The translations under genes and the position numbers were made by a program. From Peribolospora baueri (lineage: Eukaryota): a stretch of DNA of 64,000 nt. The notes below the pieces were generated by a model that was not told where the DNA came from, did no database searches, and saw only the letters and a list, made by a program, of their open reading frames with translations. The stretch is taken from positions 186,001-250,000 of the forward strand of contig JAMDHS010000010.1 in NCBI GenBank assembly GCA_029717555.1. Reading direction: 5' to 3'. Below, one piece after another: positions 27,636 to 40,322 of this stretch (position 1 is its first letter; every line of letters begins with the position of its first letter).

Positions 27636-30024
27636 ATGAAGGTTATCAAGAAAGCGATAGACAAGACGGAGAGCGGGTACGTCACCCTTTGTGCGGAGGA
27701 GGACGAGGACATGTGGCACGTGTACAACTTGATCAATGCAGTGAGTGGGTGAAGCGCGACGGAGGGTTGTGGGCCGTGTGGCTCCATGGGGGACGGAGGA
27801 GTTGACTTCTTTCTGTCGCCCTCGCGTGCTTACTTGTTCGCATGCCCGTCTTCAACTTTGCAGGGTGATGAAGTGCGCGCGCCAGCGATTCGGTAAGTTT
27901 CTCCCTACAGTGCGCCCGTCCAGCCCCGGGCGTAGAACAAGAGCCCTCGGTGCTTGGATGGGAGTCGACTCCCTCATCTCAGCATCCTTCCCTTCTTTCC
28001 TCTGTCGTAGTGATTTTCATTTTATTGAAACCCTCCAACTTTTCCCTCCCTCTGCCGCGAATAGACGAGTCGTATCCGAATCCTCAACTGGGTCCACCGA
28101 ATCTCACCGCGTTCGACTCAACCTGACGCTCCAGGTGGAAAGGGTAGCATTTGACGCCTCCAACTCTGCCGGGCCCTCCGATCCCGGTCTAGGCGGCGGG
28201 ACCCCGGGGACGGGGGGAGGTGGTGCGGGTGGTCCCGGGGCTTCGGGAACATCCACTCCTGGCGGAGGTGGCAGTACTCCTTCCGCGGCATCGGGAGGAG
28301 GCGCGACTCTCTCCATTTCCGGCCGTGTTACCTCGGAGAACCCGTACGTGAAGATGGGTGCGTATCATACCTTGGACCTGGAGAAGAACCGAAATTTTAC
28401 GATCGGGAAAGAGGAGTGGGATAGCGTACATCTGGAGAGGATTCAGGAGAGCGCGGACGTCGGGGCTAGGGCGGAGGTGGGGGCCGTCGTCATGGGCGAA
28501 GGTGAGCGATATTCGGAGCACATGTTCGTACTGCGTTTCGACATGGCTGTCGGTTTGTGGAGCGCGTTTCGTCCGAATTGACGGTGCAGATGCGACGCAT
28601 GGAACGTTTTTCGTTTGGGACCCACCGCTCAGGAACGGCCGCGGTGTGCCTCCTGACGGAGCACATGACGGTGGTACGACAACGTATAGACATGCCGATT
28701 CCGCGCAAACGCAAGGGATCAACGACACTGGCAGAGAAGGTGGGTTAGAGAGGGCTTCGAGACTGGGACGGAAGGAGTCGTGGTGCGAATTTGCCGCGGA
28801 CCTGCTTACAGCTCGACTGATCAGATCGCATATTGTGTCCTTTTCACTTGTGTCGGGCTGTGCCTCTGCCCTATTCATTTTTTTTTCGATCAGGCTACAT
28901 CCCGCTTCTACGCCGCTCTCTACGCCGCCATCATTCGCCTGCTCTCCCTCCCAGCCATCCGCCTCATCATCCTTGCCTCGCCAGGATTCACAAAGGACAC
29001 GGTATACGAGTACCTCTTTGCCGAGGCGACGCGTAGGGGGGATAGGCTGCTCCTGGGAAGCGGTGTGAGGCAAAAGTTTTTAAGGTTGCACTGCTCCAGC
29101 CCGCATGTGCACAGCCTTGTCGAGGTTCTGAGCAGTCCCGAGGTGAGTCGGTGGACTGGAAGCTGGGCAGCACTCGGTCTTGGGCGTCCCAGGGTGGCCG
29201 CGTTAGGTGCGCGGTCTCGTCGTTATTGACCCAGTCCACCTTGTCCTGCATGGTTTCCTCTGGTCGCTGGCGCCATCAAGGTGGCATCTCAACTCAAGGA
29301 CACGCGTTTCGCACGAGAAGGGCTGATGCTGGACAAGTACGCCCAGGACCATCCCTCCCATCGCACAACTCACCTGTCCTGACTGGTTTTTTAATTGCTC
29401 GCTCTCGCCCTCTCTCGAGCAGGTTCTTCAAGATGCTCTCGCAAGACGAGCTACGAGCTTGGTACGGCGAACAACACGTCGAGAGGGCTGCGGAGAGGGG
29501 AGCGGTTGGCACGCTGTTGATCAGCGACGGCCTGTTCAGGTGCGTCGTCCTTCTACGAGACTGCAAGGGACGATCAAAGGCGCGAGCTGGAGGGGGAGAT
29601 TGCGGCCGCTGATTGCCGCACATGTCTTGACGCGCAGATCGCCAGATCCGCAGCGACGGAAACGGTTTGTGAGACTGGTGGAGGAATGCAGGAAGCAGGG
29701 CGCCGAGGTGCTCATCTTCTCGAGCATGCACGAGAGCGGGATGCGTGAGTAGGCGGTTGTTTTCCATCTCTCGGACGAATTCCCTACGCCGTGGCGAGGA
29801 GAGAGTATGCTCGGGCTGACACGAAAGTTCGATGGGCCCCCTTCCCCTTCCTCTTCCTTTACACGGCCGGGACTGACACAGAGCTGAACCAGCTGACGGG
29901 CATCGCCGCTATCTTGACGTTCCCGTTGGACATCGAGGTGGTGGAAGAGGAGGAGCGCGTGGAGAGGGAGGAACGGGAGGAGCGAGAGCGAAGAGAGCGG
30001 GAGGCGGCGAATGGCGGCAGCTGA
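27636..30024 (+). CDS. DOM34: Dom34/Pelota eRF1-family ribosome rescue factor
   Basis: [54 protein letters not shown] and [25 protein letters not shown]. Confidence 0.95.
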
Positions 30025-30263
30025 GTCGTAACCCGTTCGATGTACGTGATGCGCGTTCTAGAATGCTATCTATCTATACAGGCGACGTCGGCCGTAGCAC
30101 GTGGGCGTCCGTTGCCCGTCTTCGCGACGCCGGTTCCTCCCGGATGTACCGTAAGTGACATTATCTCAGCAACACTCCGACCGGGCACACATGCTCGCCG
30201 GAATTGACGGAAAGACGGGGCTCGGGTTTAACGGGAAGAGGCACGTGCTCCTGCTTACGTGTA

Positions 30264-30270
30264 TTAGTCA
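30264..30270. promoter_or_regulatory. Candidate AP-1/Yap1 response element (TTAGTCA = TGACTAA)
   Basis: Exact heptamer about 430 bp upstream of the flavodoxin-like gene. Function is inferred. Confidence 0.35.
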
Positions 30271-30698
30271 GGCGCGCTTCGGCCGAATGGTCGGGAAGGC
30301 GCGATCGAGAAGAAAATGGTCGCAGAAGTTGGCTGGTCGTTGCAGAGGCCGGGCGAGGAGGTCGGTGCGGGCGGTGAGGTGAGAGGGAGAAAGACGTACG
30401 CAGGACTTGAGGAGCGCAAGAGATGAGAGAGGGATGGGATGGGATGGGTGACGAGCATGCTGACAAAGGCACAGCGAGAGCCGTCTTGGCCCATTTGTCT
30501 TGCTCGTCTCGTCTCGTCGGAAGCTTCCAGGTGAACATCGACGCACGCACAACCACAACCGGACGGGCCGCGCTGGCCGGGAGGAGGATCAACGGAAGGT
30601 ACATAAGCCAGCTTGTGAGCGATCCGTGAAATGAAGAAACCTCATTCCCCCCTCGCCTTTGCCCTCACCACTCGACTTGCCCATCCTACCTCGTCACC

Positions 30699-31961
30699 AT
30701 GCCCGCCAAGATCGCCGTCGTTGTCCAGTGAGTAGTCGCAGAGGCATGCCAGCTCTCTCACCCTTCACCCTTTCCGTCGCCCTCCTCGTCCCGTCCACGT
30801 CCACGTCCACGTCCACGTCCACGTCCTCGTGCTCATCTCTCCTTCCTTCCTCTTCCCCCTAGCTCCCTCTGGGGCCACATTAACACCCTGGCCCAGGATG
30901 TCGTCAAGGGTCTCCAGGAGGCCGGCGCCGAGGTCAAGGTGTTCCAGTTCCCGGAGACCCTCTCGGAAGAGATCCTGGCCAAGATGCACGCCAACAAGAG
31001 CCTCACCGCCTCTTACCCTGTCATCACTCCCAATGACCTCAAGGAGTTCGATGGCGTGAGTCTTTCCCTCCCTCCGTTTCTATCGCCCACCAGAACAACG
31101 GCGTGCGCCGCAGCCGGCCTTTCGTGCGAGCGGACGATACTGAATCAGGTTTGCCGATCTTTGCCTCGTCGTAATAGTTCCTCTTCGGTTTTGGCACCAG
31201 GTACGGCCGTGCCCCCGCCCAGGCGTCTGCCTTCTTTGACGCCACTGGCGGTCTCTGGGCCTCTGGCGCGCTCGTCGGCAAGTTTGCCGGCATCTTCACC
31301 TCCACCGCCTCTCAGCACGGTGGCCAGGAGACGACCGCTTGTGAGACTCAGACGCTTTCGATATGCCTTTTTTTTTTCCTGCTCGTCGTGGTCGCGCACG
31401 GGATTGTCCTGACCTCGGAGGCTCCGCTGCCCTCTCGATTCGCCCCCTCCCCCAATCACCAGTGTCCACCATCCCTTTCTTCGCCCACCAGGGCATCATC
31501 TTCGTCCCCATCGGCTTCGCCGCCCCGGAGATCACCGACCTCACCGAGATCGTCGGCGGCTCCGCTTATGGCGCCGCTACGATGGCTGTGAGTGGACAGC
31601 CCACTCCGTCCTTTTCGAATTTTGTCGCGACGGCGTGAGACTGACTGCGTATGGCGTCCATCTCCTTTGGAATTTCCCTCCTTCTCCGATCTGCTTCCTC
31701 TCTCTCTCACAGGGCGCCGACGGCTCCCGCCAGGTCACCGCCAAGGAGCTCTCCGTTGCTCGCTTCCAGGGCAAGCACTGTGAGCTTTTCCTTTCGCCGT
31801 CTCCTTTCCTTCCCGTCCACGTCGTCGGTCCACCGAAGCCCGAACGCGCTGACCACCCCCCTCTCTCCTTTTATTATCTTGCGCGGCACCTTCATTTCGT
31901 TTTTTGCCCAATCCACCCAGTCGGCACGATCGTCAACCAGTTCGTTGCTGGCAAGAAGTAA
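30699..31961 (+). CDS. PST2: Flavodoxin-like NAD(P)H:quinone oxidoreductase (WrbA/Pst2/Ycp4 family)
   Basis: [54 protein letters not shown] and GADGSRQ. Ends FVAGKK*. Confidence 0.93.
30790..30826. repeat. (TCCACG)n hexamer microsatellite in intron 1
   Basis: ccgtccacgt ccacgtccac gtccacgtcc acgtcc. Confidence 0.9.
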
Positions 31962-32466
31962 ACTAGTCCTCCCAGGCTCGTTCCCTTCTGCCTCCTATCC
32001 TGACAGGACGGCCCATAATCTTCCCTCTCCCCGCCCTCTCCTAATACAAAGGAGCCATCCTCTTTCAGTCCGCCGCTCCTCGTCGCCCGCCCCTTTTCCT
32101 TCCCCGGAAGTTCCTGTGACACGTCGTTTCGGTGGAAATCGAGCTTTTTTTTTTTGCAAATGCGTTCGTCCCGTCCGCTCTGGTTTGAGTTCGTGAGCTA
32201 GCAAGACGAGCCGAGCCAGCGTTGAAAAGAGTCAAAACAAAACCGACCGGGGCGATGGAATCTGCTAAGCTAAGCTAGCGTTGACCATTTCCTCATCGTA
32301 CACCCAATGGCTGAAATGAGAACGCGCTAGCATCATCACTGTCGGTCCCTGATGCCGGGAGGGCCGCCAGACGGCCCCTCGGCCATCGTTAAGCGGTCGA
32401 CGCGCCATGTCGCAACACATCAACCCCTTCCTTCTTTCCATCTCCCTCCTCCAGCCCCGGCTTCGT

Positions 32467-35168
32467 CTATATCGTCCCTCCATGCCCGTTCTTCAACGCC
32501 CTCAACGCCTCCTTCGCCTCCTCGATTCTCCGCCGGCGCTTGACTACCAGTTCGGACAGCAGTCGGCTCGCTTCGAGTGGCTTGCCGAGCACGTGTCGCG
32601 ATAGGACGCGGTCGAGGTTAGACTGCGTAGTGCGGGGCGTAACGAGGAGAAAAAAAAAAAGTGAGCCTCGGACGGACGAAGAAAGGGTTGGAAGACAGGA
32701 TCGACGGAAAAAAACGAAAGAAAACTTTGAAACCAAGCCAAGCACCCAAGCCTTAGCCCATTTACTCTCTCACCTCCAAATCCGCCCTCAGCCCGTCTCC
32801 GACCCTGTCCCACGCCTTCCAATACCGCTTCTGCGCCTTCTTCCACCCTCCCTGTAGCCTCCAGACGGCCAGAGCGGTAGCAAGACTCGCTGCGCCCACG
32901 GCGTTGGGCGTCTCCAGGAGGGCTGTCCAAGCGGCCCAGTAGCTTGCCACCACGCTGCTTCCGCCTAGGACGTAGGCCTCCAGTACGCAGTGCTGTGCGC
33001 CCATCTGAAGAGCATCGATCGGTCCTCCCGGCGCTGCCAGCTGCTCTCTTCGACGAGAGAGGGGTTCAGAGAGCGACGAAGGCGGGAGAGAGCGCAGTGG
33101 TGGATAGGAGGCAGAGATGGTGTTGAGAAGGAGAGCGGAGTGGAAAGGAGAGGCACCTGTGGAGGAGAGCGCATCTTGAGGGGAGAGAGAGTGAAGGATG
33201 GCGTCGGTACGGGAGGAATGATGCGAAGCGAGAGAGAGAAGTCGGCCTGTTTCGTACACGAGCTAGAGAGAAAGGAAGAGGCGGCCACGCACGAGAAACG
33301 ATCAAATCAACAATCCCGTACGGGAAAACGACGTCGACAACGGTGCAGGACGAGGAGAAAGACAAGCTCGACGCAAGGCGAGCCACTCACCTTCGTCTCC
33401 AAGCCCCTCCCGAAACTCCTCTCCACTGCGGCCTTCGTCTCGACGCCCACGTCGTCCACTTTCCAAAACAACTTCCACCACTGGAGCCTGGCTTTCAATG
33501 CTTCTTCCACCTCCTTCCGTGCGCTTCGCAATCTTTTTCCTACCTCGTCCTCCGCCCCTTGCCCGCTGCTCTTGAACGAGCTTGCAACGTCAAGGCCCTC
33601 CTCTTTCCGTCCCCCCTCGTTCGCCTGAGAACCTCGCAAACCAAGCACACCCTCCCGCGTGACCCTCGCTGCCTCCCTCGCCTCCTTTGACAACACCTCC
33701 GACCGCCCTACCACCTCTCTCACCTCGTCCTCCGCCCGCACCAACGCAGCCGTGGCCGTTTCTAACGCTCGAGAAAGTGCGAACTGTACAGAGCGTAGTC
33801 GGAGCGCGACGGTGCGTCGAGCCAAAGGAGAAGGCGGTAGTGGGCTCCCGTCGCCACCGATGCCGCTGTCATGGTCAACGTCCGTGTCAAGATCCACGCG
33901 CGCCTCGAGGATGGAGCGCACTGCCGAAACGCCCGAAGCGGCCTGGCGCCTTTCGAACTCGTTCACCGCCTCTGAGCGACTCAGCGGTCTCCCGCGGGAG
34001 TCGACGTTGTGTCGGAAGACGGCGTTCGCGACGTGCGCATCGTTCGTGTCTATCCAATGCACAGAGGGCAACGGCGTGCGTCCGCCAAGTCCTTCGCCTG
34101 GGAGAAGGGAGCCCAAGTTTCGAAGCACGAAGTCCTCTTGTTGTGCTCGAGGGAGGATGGAATCAAGAGAGGATAGCCGATTTACGATAACGTGAGTGTT
34201 GGGCTTTGAGGCGAAATGGCGGAGGAGGTTGAGCGTCGGGGAGGTGTAGCGCGAGAGGGTGTGGGGATGCTGGAGGAGGAGGAGAGAGGGGAAGACGAAG
34301 AATAGGATGTCCGAGGCGTAAAGCACGTCTAGAGTGGACGGTGATGGTGAAGGATCTGCGATGGCGTGGAGTTTCCAGATCGTGAGCACCGATAAACAAG
34401 GCTTGGCTGTGAAGTAAACGCGGAGGTCAGGACGACTCCTCACCGATCATTTCGAGCACCTTGCTCCCAGTCCCCTTGAGCCAATCTGATGGTAATCGGA
34501 TATTTCCCTCCTCATCCCTGCCAACCTGAGCTCCATAAGAGATCCGCGAGATGCGCGGGCGTCCCCCGTCGTCCACCGCCGTGGAAGGATAACGGTCGAG
34601 CAGGGCGAGACGGCGCGGGTCGGTCTCATCGTAAAGGGGGTCGTCCAAAAGAGCGTCGACGAGCGAGGTGGTGCCTGAGAGACTGTCTCCAACGACTACA
34701 AGCAATTGAGACAAAGACGAATGATCAAGCATAAGCGGACACGCTCGCCTGGCGATGGCAGCAGCTCGGCCTCAGGATAGCACGGAGCGGCAGAAACCCA
34801 CAAGCGACGCTCGCGCTCCTCTCCCTTCCCTCCGCTAGATCCTCCACTAGCATAGTCAACCTCCTCTTCCACTCATCGTCCTCGATAAACGTATCAAACA
34901 AGGCCTTCGCGCCCCTCAGGTCATTGCGGGCTCGAAGACGCGGGGAGATCGGCACGCTTCCACCGGAGGAGGGCGGAAAAGACGCGGGAGTTGGTGTAGA
35001 TACGGGCGGGTTCGGGTTCGGTTTCGACTGCCGTTGGGTGACGGGGGAGGACGAAGCGACGGCAGCCGCCGAGCTAGCCCAGCGGGGCAACCGGACAAAG
35101 CCGTGCGCCGGTGCTGGCCGTGATGTACTGGCCTTGACCAACTGACGAGCGCTGATGGGGCGTTTCAT
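32467..35168 (-). CDS. Mmc1-like conserved fungal protein, probably mitochondrial
   Basis: Arg/Ser/Ala-rich N-terminal presequence-like segment, ALLDDP motif and LQWWKLFWKVDDVG motif. C-terminal hydrophobic pair followed by VWRLQGGWKKAQKRYWKAW. Multi-exon. Confidence 0.7.
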
Positions 35169-35651
35169 GGGGGTGAGGAGAGTTATCCACCGACTGGGCC
35201 TTCCGAAGTTCGCGACGTCTCAGGACTGCCCGCCGGCGCCGCAGCAAGGCTTCGGCCACGTGCGAGCGACAGGCGGGTGGCCTGAGCGGGACGGTCTGGA
35301 CGGGTGAGAAATTCGCGACCATCCGTCTCGAAAGCCACCTCTGGCCATGTTCGGTCCATTCATTTCCTCCTTCCGGTCGTACAGACAAGCGACGAGGCCA
35401 AAGGACGAGAAGGGCAGCAGGGACTGAAAGCGCGTGCGTGGTGCATGTACATGTAGAGGAGAGGTAATCACTAGCACATTCAGACACGGTGATGAGTGCC
35501 AATGAGGGCGCGTTGGGACGAGCGAGGAGGGGTGACGGCGGGGTGCCTTGAGATCCGGTTGGTTTCCACTTAGAGAATCGGAGGAGGCGGACGTGGACGA
35601 GCACTCACGGAAGACGGCCGGCCAGGAAGGGGTGGAGCCGCCAATTGCATC

Positions 35652-38126
35652 TCAGAGAAAGACGGACGGGTCCTCTTGTTGTACCCAGAAGGCGAGGGCG
35701 ATGACGATGTAGAGGGAGATGAGCACTGTCGCCGCGACGAGGATAGGAGGAGATGGCCGTTGCGAACCCGCGTTCACATAGGTGAGTATCAAATCCTGCC
35801 TGACGCAATAATGGAAACGACTGGGACGGATGAGAGATGAGAGACTCACTCATGCCCTCCATGTAGTTCGACTTCCCGTCTTGCAACAGCAAGTTCACGA
35901 GGAGGACGCTCACGATGAGCGAAGTCGTCTCGAAGGCGTGGAAGTAGAGCTGCGACAAAAATGTGAAATAACAGAGATTTAAATATGCCTCAGTGGAGGG
36001 TGTCGAAGCTATACGTTCTCCCTCGATTAAGCTCACCGTGAGCGGGACCTTCATGATCCAGGCGACGACGACGAGCGCCGGAACGACCTGGATGGCGGAA
36101 ACAGGGAATGGTCGTATCAGAGAAAACTCGGTCATTGTGGAAGAGAGAGTCGGCGCATAGTCCCAACTCACCCCGACAGCGATCTGAATGCTACTTCCCA
36201 CGCTCACGCCGATGGCAAGCTCCATCTTGCCCTTCATCGCCATCCACACCGACGTGACGTGCTCAGCCGCATTCCCTACAATGGGAAGCAGAATGGTGCC
36301 GATGAAGGGTTTGCTGGCGGTCGGAGAGCATGGTGATCCGGAGGTAAAGACGGGTGGTGAGGACAGCGTGAAGACTTGGCGGGAGGCGAAAAGAACTCAC
36401 GGTAGACCATAGTCTCTCGCAACGTCGTCGATAGCACCGACGAGGTAATCAGCACAGAAGCTGGTGACAACGGTGATGATGACGAGCCCGATGATTGCGG
36501 CTACAGGCGTCATGTGCTCCTCCTCTTCCTCTTCCGCTTCCTCTTCGATCGCTTCAGTCTGGCCCTCGCCCGAAGCATCGGTGACCGCGTTTTGGGAGGG
36601 TTCCGCGTACAGGTACGCGTGCGATTTGAGCTTTATACGACCCCGGAAATGGGGTGGAGGGGGAGGGGGCACAATAGGGCGTCAGAATAAGGTTCGGCAG
36701 AAAGAGTCGTTGAGAGAAAGCTACTGAGTATACCCACCTGGAAATACAAATACGTTCCGTACACGAAAAGGAGAATGACAGCAGTTCCACGAGAGATGAA
36801 GAGTAGCCCATCTTGTTTCGTCTTGTCAGAGCTGCCCATCTGTGCTGCTTGATAGGCGGCGGGGATGACCATGGTGATGCCGCCAAGCGTTAGAATTGAG
36901 GAGGCACTGAAGAGCGACAAGCGTCCAAGTTGAAAACGTTCAGCGGAGGACCGGACAAACGGTCTTCCTGATGCCCGAACGCGCGCTCAAGCTAAGCAAG
37001 TAAAGTCAGCGAACCCCGGGTAGCACGCACGTCTGAGCTGCAGTCACTTGAAAGTTGCTCTCGTAAAAATAGAATCCTCCTGTGGGAGACGCCAAGGATG
37101 GGATGACCAAGCCAGTCCGTCCATCCCCGTTTTCAACCTTGCAATCGAGCCTCGTTTGCAAGTACCACGTAAAAGAAGACAAAACCGACCTGCAAAGAAG
37201 CTCATTCCGAGGACGAGCAGAATGTTGGAGAGGATGCTGCCCAGCATGGAAGTCTGCACGATGCGCAGTTCGCCGTGAACCAAGCCTACAATACCGACGA
37301 TGAGCTCGACAGCATTTCCGAACCTGGCGAGAATGGGTTAGTACGGGGCAGAGAGCGGCCCTTGTCAGATAAGCAGTGGTGACGCCTACCTGCGGCAAGA
37401 TAGAGTGCTTCTACGCTCACGTGGCATTGAGCAAACCGCCGAGGGTTTGACCGAGGCGCATAGATGCTTGCTCTGTGGAATCACCGAGGAGCTAAGTAAG
37501 TAAAGAAGGGGAAGCATATGAGGTTAAGCAGTCCTCGCACCGCACGCGGACGAGCGTCCAAGCCAGCCATTACGTCGCTCACCTTGGCAAGGGGTACGAT
37601 GGCGATGAAGCTCAGTGTGAACACCCACACGGGCGCCCAATGAGCGAAATGGGACGCAAAGCTGAGCGGGACGAAGACGAGCATGAGGTTGAACCAGGTG
37701 CCGAAGAAGAGCCAGCGGAAGCTGCTGAAGAACGTCAGAGGGGGTTTGCTCAGTTCGCTATTGTCGGTCACCGGGCGGGATGAGTAGGAGACTGGGCGGT
37801 GGATGGGGAGCGAGCCGTCGCGTGACCTCGACCTCTGCCCGATGAGGGGGTCGCGTTCGCTAGCGGACGATGCTGCGTCGTCCACCCGTCGTCCAAAGGC
37901 GGCAAGCGCCCAACGCGGCAATGTGACGAGGCGGAGGTGAGAGGCGGTCGGACATGTCGATGGGTGTTGGACAAGGTGAGCAGCGAAGCAGAGACGAGAC
38001 GGGAGGCCGTCAGAAACCTCGCCAGACCTAGATCGCGTGACCTCGTCCTGTGCACCTTCGCTCACGCCCGACAGGGTACGTGATTTGAGCGCGGAGTGCG
38101 CTCGAGCGGTGTACACACTCACCCAT
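35652..38126 (-). CDS. VCX1: Vacuolar Ca2+/H+ exchanger (CAX family)
   Basis: [35 protein letters not shown], acidic loop [27 protein letters not shown] and DGKSNYMEG. The first coding exon is only ATGG. Confidence 0.93.
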
Positions 38127-38264
38127 GGCTAAGAACAGCCGTACTACGACAATGGAGGGATATAGGTGGGTGGAGGTTTGTCCTGGACGACGAACGTCTC
38201 TCTTTGCGCGACGAGGCGGCCGAAGTCCAGAATGCCAAGACAAGCGGATGGTTTCCATACACGA

Positions 38265-38332
38265 TGACGTAATGGAAATAATACTACGACATTCACTGTG
38301 ACGTAATGGAGATAATACTACGACATTCACTG
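38265..38332. repeat. 34-bp direct tandem duplication, each copy starting with the CRE-like site TGACGTAA
   Basis: tgacgtaatgga(a/g)ataatactacgacattcactg occurs twice with one mismatch, upstream of VCX1. Confidence 0.9.
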
Positions 38333-38756
38333 TCGACTCGAAAGCTTGCCGCGCAGCTTCGTGTCCCTGTCATGGACATGCTATGCCCGCGCGCCATGGC
38401 GTCATTCAGGCAGGGAAGGGAGGAAAGAGGACGAAGAAGGCGTGGCGCGGACAACCGCGACCGGCAGTACGAAAGCCTTTCAGTCGGTCGGCGGCGGAGA
38501 GCTGAAAGTGCGATTCGGCGGTTCGAAACCTGGCACGGTTCTCTTCGAGGCTTGTGGACACTTCCTTAAGAGATACAATTCCAGGTGGAACAAGTCCTCC
38601 ATTCAAGGGTATCACCGAACTACAGGTCACCACTGCCGTTTATTGCGGCTGCCGGAGAGGCTCCTAAAAGGGTTGCGGCCCTCCGAAATAGAGGTCGAGA
38701 TAACGACCCTCGGGGTGAGGATGCGAAAAGAATGGCCGATGTAAGGGACCGTGATG

Positions 38757-40322
38757 CTAGCGGTCCGGATGAACTGGTCCATCCGTCCCCGTGAGCACGA
38801 CGATCTTTCCCTTGGCTTCGTTGGCCTCCATGTAGCGATGCGCATCTTGGATGTCTTCCATTTTGAAAACTCTGTCCAGGTGCACGCTCAACGGGTGAGT
38901 CGGGGAGCCGATGAGCGGCAAGAGCGTGGCTAACGGGAGATGGGCGATGGAGTGAGACTGCACAACGAGCGAGCAAAACGGCCACAACCTCCATCATCAT
39001 CCGGTTCTGGTGCAGTGGACGAATGGCTCGTAAAAGTACTCACGTAGCTGGAAAACGTCGTCAGCTTTACTCCGGACGGAATTGCGCCTAGTGGCGTGAA
39101 CGAACCGAGGTTCCAGCCTGTATCACAGGGGCGCAGATGCCGAGCGAACGTGGAAAATGAAAGAAACAGAGGCAAGGGAGAGGTCGTCGAACCATAAAAT
39201 AGGCCGGAGCATGAAGCGAGGAAAGATGGAAAGAAGGACTCGCTCACCACCGGCTAGGCCGCCAAGCAGGCAGACCGTCCCTCCCGGCGATTTTGCGCAT
39301 TTGAGGCTGTCGAGGAGGGTGGTCGTTCCGACAAAATCGAGGACGGCGTCAAAGCCACCATTGGTGGGGCCATAGCCCGTGGCAGCGTCGCTTTCCAGGA
39401 CGTGACTCGTGACACCGTGGAGTGGGTCTCCGGTCTCGCTCGCGATGCCTCTGACGCTGGAGGGAAGAGGTGAGGCTGGCCCCCGAATCCGCTTGGAGAG
39501 AGGCACATCGGCGCCGGTCGGTATCGAGACGGACCTCTTCGAGGGCGACAAAGATGGGTCCGCGGGCATGGCTCCTCTGTCGCCATCGAGAAACACGAAA
39601 TCACAGCCGGCCGCTCTGATACGTTCCACTTTTGCTTTATCCCTCGTCGTTCCTACGACAGTTCCCGCTCCCAAGACGTGCTTCGCCAACGACGCCGCCG
39701 CCAAACCGGCGGCGGAGGAAGCTCCGCGGATGAGCAGCGTGTGCCCCTGCTGAAGGCCGAGGGATGCGGTGAGCGCCCCATGCGCGGTGAGGTAGGTTTC
39801 TGGGATGGCGACGAGCGTGGACCAGTCGAGGCCGGACGGAATGACGTTCAGCGGAGGTGAGACGGAGAGAAGGGGCAGAACGGCATATTCTGCGAGATCG
39901 GGTAGTGACGGCAGAGGTGATGAAGGTTAGTGGGCGGAGGAGAAGACGGAAGGCAAGTCGCAAAGCAGTATCAAAGGAAGGAGGAGGAAGTGCGGCGAAC
40001 CTTGGTATCCCCCGTCGAAAGACCTCCCCATCTTCCCCATCGCACAACACACCACGTCTCCCTTCTTCCAGCCTTTGCCCTCCAGTCCCGGGCCAACCTC
40101 CTCGACCGTCCCGACAGCCTCGATACCGATGACTTTGGGAAACTGGACAGCGTCTCCGGAGCCTCCAGAGCGAGTGACGAGCTCGGCACGATTAAGACCG
40201 AAGGCACGGATGTGTACGAGCAGCTTTCCCGGCTCGACGGACGGCTTTAGATACGAAGGGTCAAGGATTAGGACCTCGGGCCCGCCGGGCTGCTTGACGA
40301 CGATGGCGCGCTGGGTGGCCAT
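38757..40322 (-). CDS. MDR-superfamily NADPH:quinone oxidoreductase-like protein
   Basis: GGPEVL, AFGLNRAE, FPKVIGIEAVG, MGKMGRSFDGGYQEY, IPETYLTA, LLIRGASSAAG and AHRYMEANEAKGKIVV. Confidence 0.88.

Noticed and set aside
31955..31980. Stop-codon readthrough to a cryptic PTS1 in the redox enzymes
   Set aside because: Neither this gene nor the MDR gene (stop at 38757) has a TGA-CTA context, and no SKL-like extension was seen.
38265..38332. Direct repeats as a CRISPR array
   Set aside because: There are only two adjacent copies with no spacer, in a eukaryotic context.
38500..38540. GGTTCGAAACC resembling a tRNA T-loop/B-box
   Set aside because: There is no 5-bp T stem, acceptor stem or cloverleaf.
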